Shown here: positions 61,056 through 64,000 of the stretch, in pieces
How the letters are laid out: every line of letters starts with the position of its first letter
How positions within the stretch are numbered: the stretch's first letter is position 1
Source of the DNA: Macrostomum lignano
Taxonomy: Eukaryota
Reading direction: 5' to 3'
Assembly (NCBI GenBank): GCA_002269645.1
Contig: NIVC01002906.1
Span: forward strand, 66,560-130,559
DNA length: 64,000 nt
The notes under the pieces: generated by a model
Told to the model about the DNA's origin: nothing
What the model saw: the letters and a program-made list of their open reading frames with translations, nothing else
Database searches by the model: none
Translations under genes and position numbers: made by a program

Positions 61056-62401
61056 TTACTCGAAATGGGCCTCTTGATTTAGCTGGTACGGGCCATATGC
61101 CGCCACCTGAGCCATGGCACTTGCCCATGCTTCCACATAACGTTGGGCTGCCGCGGCCGTGAGCACCACTCGGTGCCATCGGCTAGGCAAGATGTCGTTG
61201 CGCAGCACGCCCCTCAACTGCGGCAGAGTCGGGATGCCCAGGGCTTGGCATTGGACGACGAAGGCCGCATTCCGTACTTGTTGCAGCCGTGTCAGAGTTG
61301 GTGCAGACAGGGGCGGCTGCGCGATTGCAAAATGCTGCAAAGTGCCACGGGGCACCTCGGCCAGGCCCGCGTAGCCGGGCTCAACGTCGCCCAGGGCCGC
61401 CAACACCCACCCACAGCGGCGATTGAACCGTTGCGAGAGGTGGCGGCCCAGGCCACTGTGGCAAACGGCGCATAGAGGAGGGGCGCAGAGGCCGGCGCGG
61501 AGGCCGCAAGAATGCCGTCGTGGATGACGAGAGCCTCTTCCCATTCGGCGCCCTCGCTCAGGAAGCCCAGAGCAGCCCTGGCAGGTCCGCAGGAAGCATG
61601 CCCCAGCGGCTGGCCAAGCTGGCCAGGCCAATCAATAGCCGGGCTCTCTGGGTTGGTGTCAGTTGTCTAGTCATCTGAGAGGAGGCTGCGCAGCTGATGA
61701 TCACCTTCTTGTAGACCGGCCGATCGCAGGTGCTGAAGATTGCTGTGATGGGGGCACAGGACGGCGGCCGGGCTGTCAGGTGTGATGGTTCCTCATCCAC
61801 AACCTTGCGGAGGAACTTGGCGCCTGCCGGACTAGGTCGCCGAGGGCGTATTTGTAGGCGCTCTGGGCCGCTGCCTCGATGTACATTAACAGCGTATTGT
61901 CAACCAATCCCAGCAGGGCCGCTTTTGACAGGATGAGCAGACAGGGCCGGTCCAGGTTGTCGCGAAGTTGGCGCTCTAGAGTCGCATGCCTGTCCTCGGC
62001 CTGGAGTGGGCCATGATAGGACTCAGGCCCGACCCAGTGCACCAGATCCATAGCTGTCGCCGAAGGTTCGCCAGCCACCTGACCCCAATTGACTTCTTCT
62101 CTTTGCAGGGCGATGTCCACACTTCGGCGGCTGTTGGGCAGAACATCACGCAGGCGGCGGGCCGCCTCGCCGAATTCGGCCGCCAGGTCCGAAATGTCCG
62201 CGGTGTCGCCCCAGCATTGGCCGGGTCGATTGTCTCGTCACCTTCTTCGACCCTGGCGGAGGCCGCCGCTGGCGGCTCGGGGCCGTCCTCCGCCTCTTGG
62301 ATGGCGTCACGGGGCCGCTTTCGGCTAACTGGGCTGGCAGGACGCTCAGACGGCAAGCTGGAGCATAGCTGAATTCGATTGATGGTAGGCTTCGCGTCCA
62401 T
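61056..62401 (-). CDS. Orphan ORF of about 449 aa in the retroelement interior, broken by four successive -1 frameshifts
   Basis: The track ORFs 62401-, 62120-, 61800- and 61631- plus an unlisted LGFLSEGAEWEEALVIHDG segment join with consistent single-base deletions. Codons are GC3-rich. No gag, pol or env motifs. Confidence 0.5.
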
Positions 62402-62943
62402 GTCAAGCTGGATAGTTCATAGAATGCTTCAGCGATTGAAGGACAGAATGATTTCTCTGATTGATGATTTCCAGCTCTGGCAGGCGTGGGTCTTCTTATA
62501 GTGCGGGGCTGGCTTCCCATTGGTTGAGCACATTGGGAGGCACACCTGCTGCGGCCGGGTCGCCGTTGGCTTGGACCGCTCGCTCTAGTCTCCGTGCGCT
62601 CTGATTGGCTGGTTCCGCCGCTTCCTGTTTCCTCACCTGTGAGAAGGGGGCAGACCCGAGACCACCTCCGGTCGCGCCCGCGGCAGATCCGTACTCCAGC
62701 CGACAGAGATCGCACTCCCACCTCACATGCACACATTCAGATCAGGCACACAAATTAATTTGGTTAATATGAATAGAAGAGGGATTTGGGAGATTAGACT
62801 CCGGAGGATAAATGATGATGCGGCCCAACTCCCTTCGATTTCTTCCTTCAACGCCACGCGCACGCAGTTCTCATCCATGCCTCCGAGACCCTCATAAACT
62901 TAACAGCCGAAAGAATTCGAAAGAGGAATTAATCATTAATTTG

Positions 62944-63310
62944 ACTGCCACCAGTTTGATGTACTATTATAAAAGAGAAAGGGAACCTACACCATCTTGG
63001 CGCATTACAAAGAAAAGAAAAGGAGGATCAGCCACCATTTTGAGAGAGGTTGCTAGGGAAAACTGCCACCAATTGTACATTAACAGGGAAGAGAAAGGGG
63101 GAACCCGTCACCAATTAGAGTGGATTGCCCGGGGAAACTGCCACTATTTGCCCTTCTACCAGAGGAGAGGAAGACGAAAAACTGCCATCCCTTAGAGGTG
63201 TATCATTAAAAGAAGGCGGGGAAGAAGGCTACCACTACTTGATCACCTAGAGCTCAAGGGAAGGAGAGGGAATGAAGAAAGGAAGAAACCCCCAGGAAGG
63301 CCACTACCAC
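62944..63310. repeat. Degenerate tandem array of 33-45-bp units, each a GCCACCA-like core plus a purine tract
   Basis: Cores lie at about 62946, 62988, 63031, 63065, 63107, 63140, 63184, 63229 and 63300. Confidence 0.65.
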
Positions 63311-63399
63311 ACGCCATAAAGTTAAAATCCCCATCTATCTACATCCTAATACCCGGCTAGTTCCCTACTTCTATTTCATCCCTTAAATCCTCATTTCAG

Positions 63400-63857
63400 G
63401 ATTCCGGCCGCTAGTAGCGAGCCCATCCTTGAAGAGGAGTCGACTACGAAGCGCCCGAAGACAGCCATTCAGAGCCGGACGCCCCCTCTGATTCTGGGCC
63501 GGCTGCGCCATCTGGTGACATAGGCGCCGCGGCTCCCGGGCCATGCGACCGCCGGGCCGCCAGCGAACCAGCGTCCGGGGCCGGTTGGCATCCGTACCAC
63601 CGCCGTTGTCAGCCCGAGCGCACGCTCCGCCGCCGGTCGCCGCGGTGACGCCCGTGGCTGCCGCTCCACAGCCCTTGCCAACCCCTGTGGTGGAGACCGA
63701 CGGCTCCTGGCATTTGGTCGTTGCTGTCGACGGCCCTAATAGCCGGTCTCACAATGCACTGGCTACTGCTCTTGGAGCTATTTCTGCGGCTTCCCAACTG
63801 CTGATGCTGGTGGTTCTTAATGCTTACTTACTAATTCTGAACTATCTGTCCCCATAA
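63400..63857 (+). CDS. Possible plus-strand exon (acidic/Pro-rich with C-terminal hydrophobic segment), two -1 frameshifts
   Basis: A long pyrimidine tract and TTTCAG acceptor at 63399. IPAASSEPILEEE / VDYEAPEDSHSEPDAP... / MRPPG...ALGAISAASQLLMLVVLNAYLLILNYLSP* join by -1 shifts. Confidence 0.35.
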
Positions 63858-64000
63858 CTTGACTTTAATTACTTTACCTGACTTACATTGACTAAACACT
63901 GGCCTACTCTAAACTAATTGCTGCCCCATTTGCCTGATAAACTTAATTACATTGAAGGCCCCCCCCCTATTGCCTCATCGAACCAATTAAATTTCCCAAA

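Overview
Animal genomic DNA with spliceosomal GT-AG introns, GC3-rich exons, AT-rich spacers and a very high density of minisatellites. The style resembles the flatworm Macrostomum, but that is inference and was not verified. No rRNA, tRNA gene, CRISPR or bacterial features were found. Seven protein-coding genes could be reconstructed by hand: a two-TM protein (133-3784,+), the homeobox gene Bsx (13512-17668,+), CFAP36/CCDC104 (29684-33087,+), an orphan 3-exon gene (41294-39648,-), a LIM-domain protein with a basic tail (43447-45326,+), a CCDC42/CCDC197-family coiled-coil gene (51647-49120,-) and an intronless secreted PAN+C-type lectin (54465-55229,+). The most striking object is a 10.8-kb Mutator-like DNA transposon (18632-29426, 9-bp TSD) between Bsx and CFAP36. 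It has foldback-type TIRs (about 1.27 kb unique sequence plus a 36-bp minisatellite) and encodes a vertnin-like OTU protease domain with intact Cys/His fused to a MULE DDE transposase. Other mobile elements: an RTE LINE, several MITEs (two with perfect 8-bp TSDs), a CORE-like SINE, and the 3' LTR plus internal region of a large LTR retroelement carrying orphan ORFs. Many minisatellites appear to be seeded from splice sites or MITE ends. Almost all reading-frame breaks are single-base deletions, which suggests long-read consensus errors rather than true pseudogenes.
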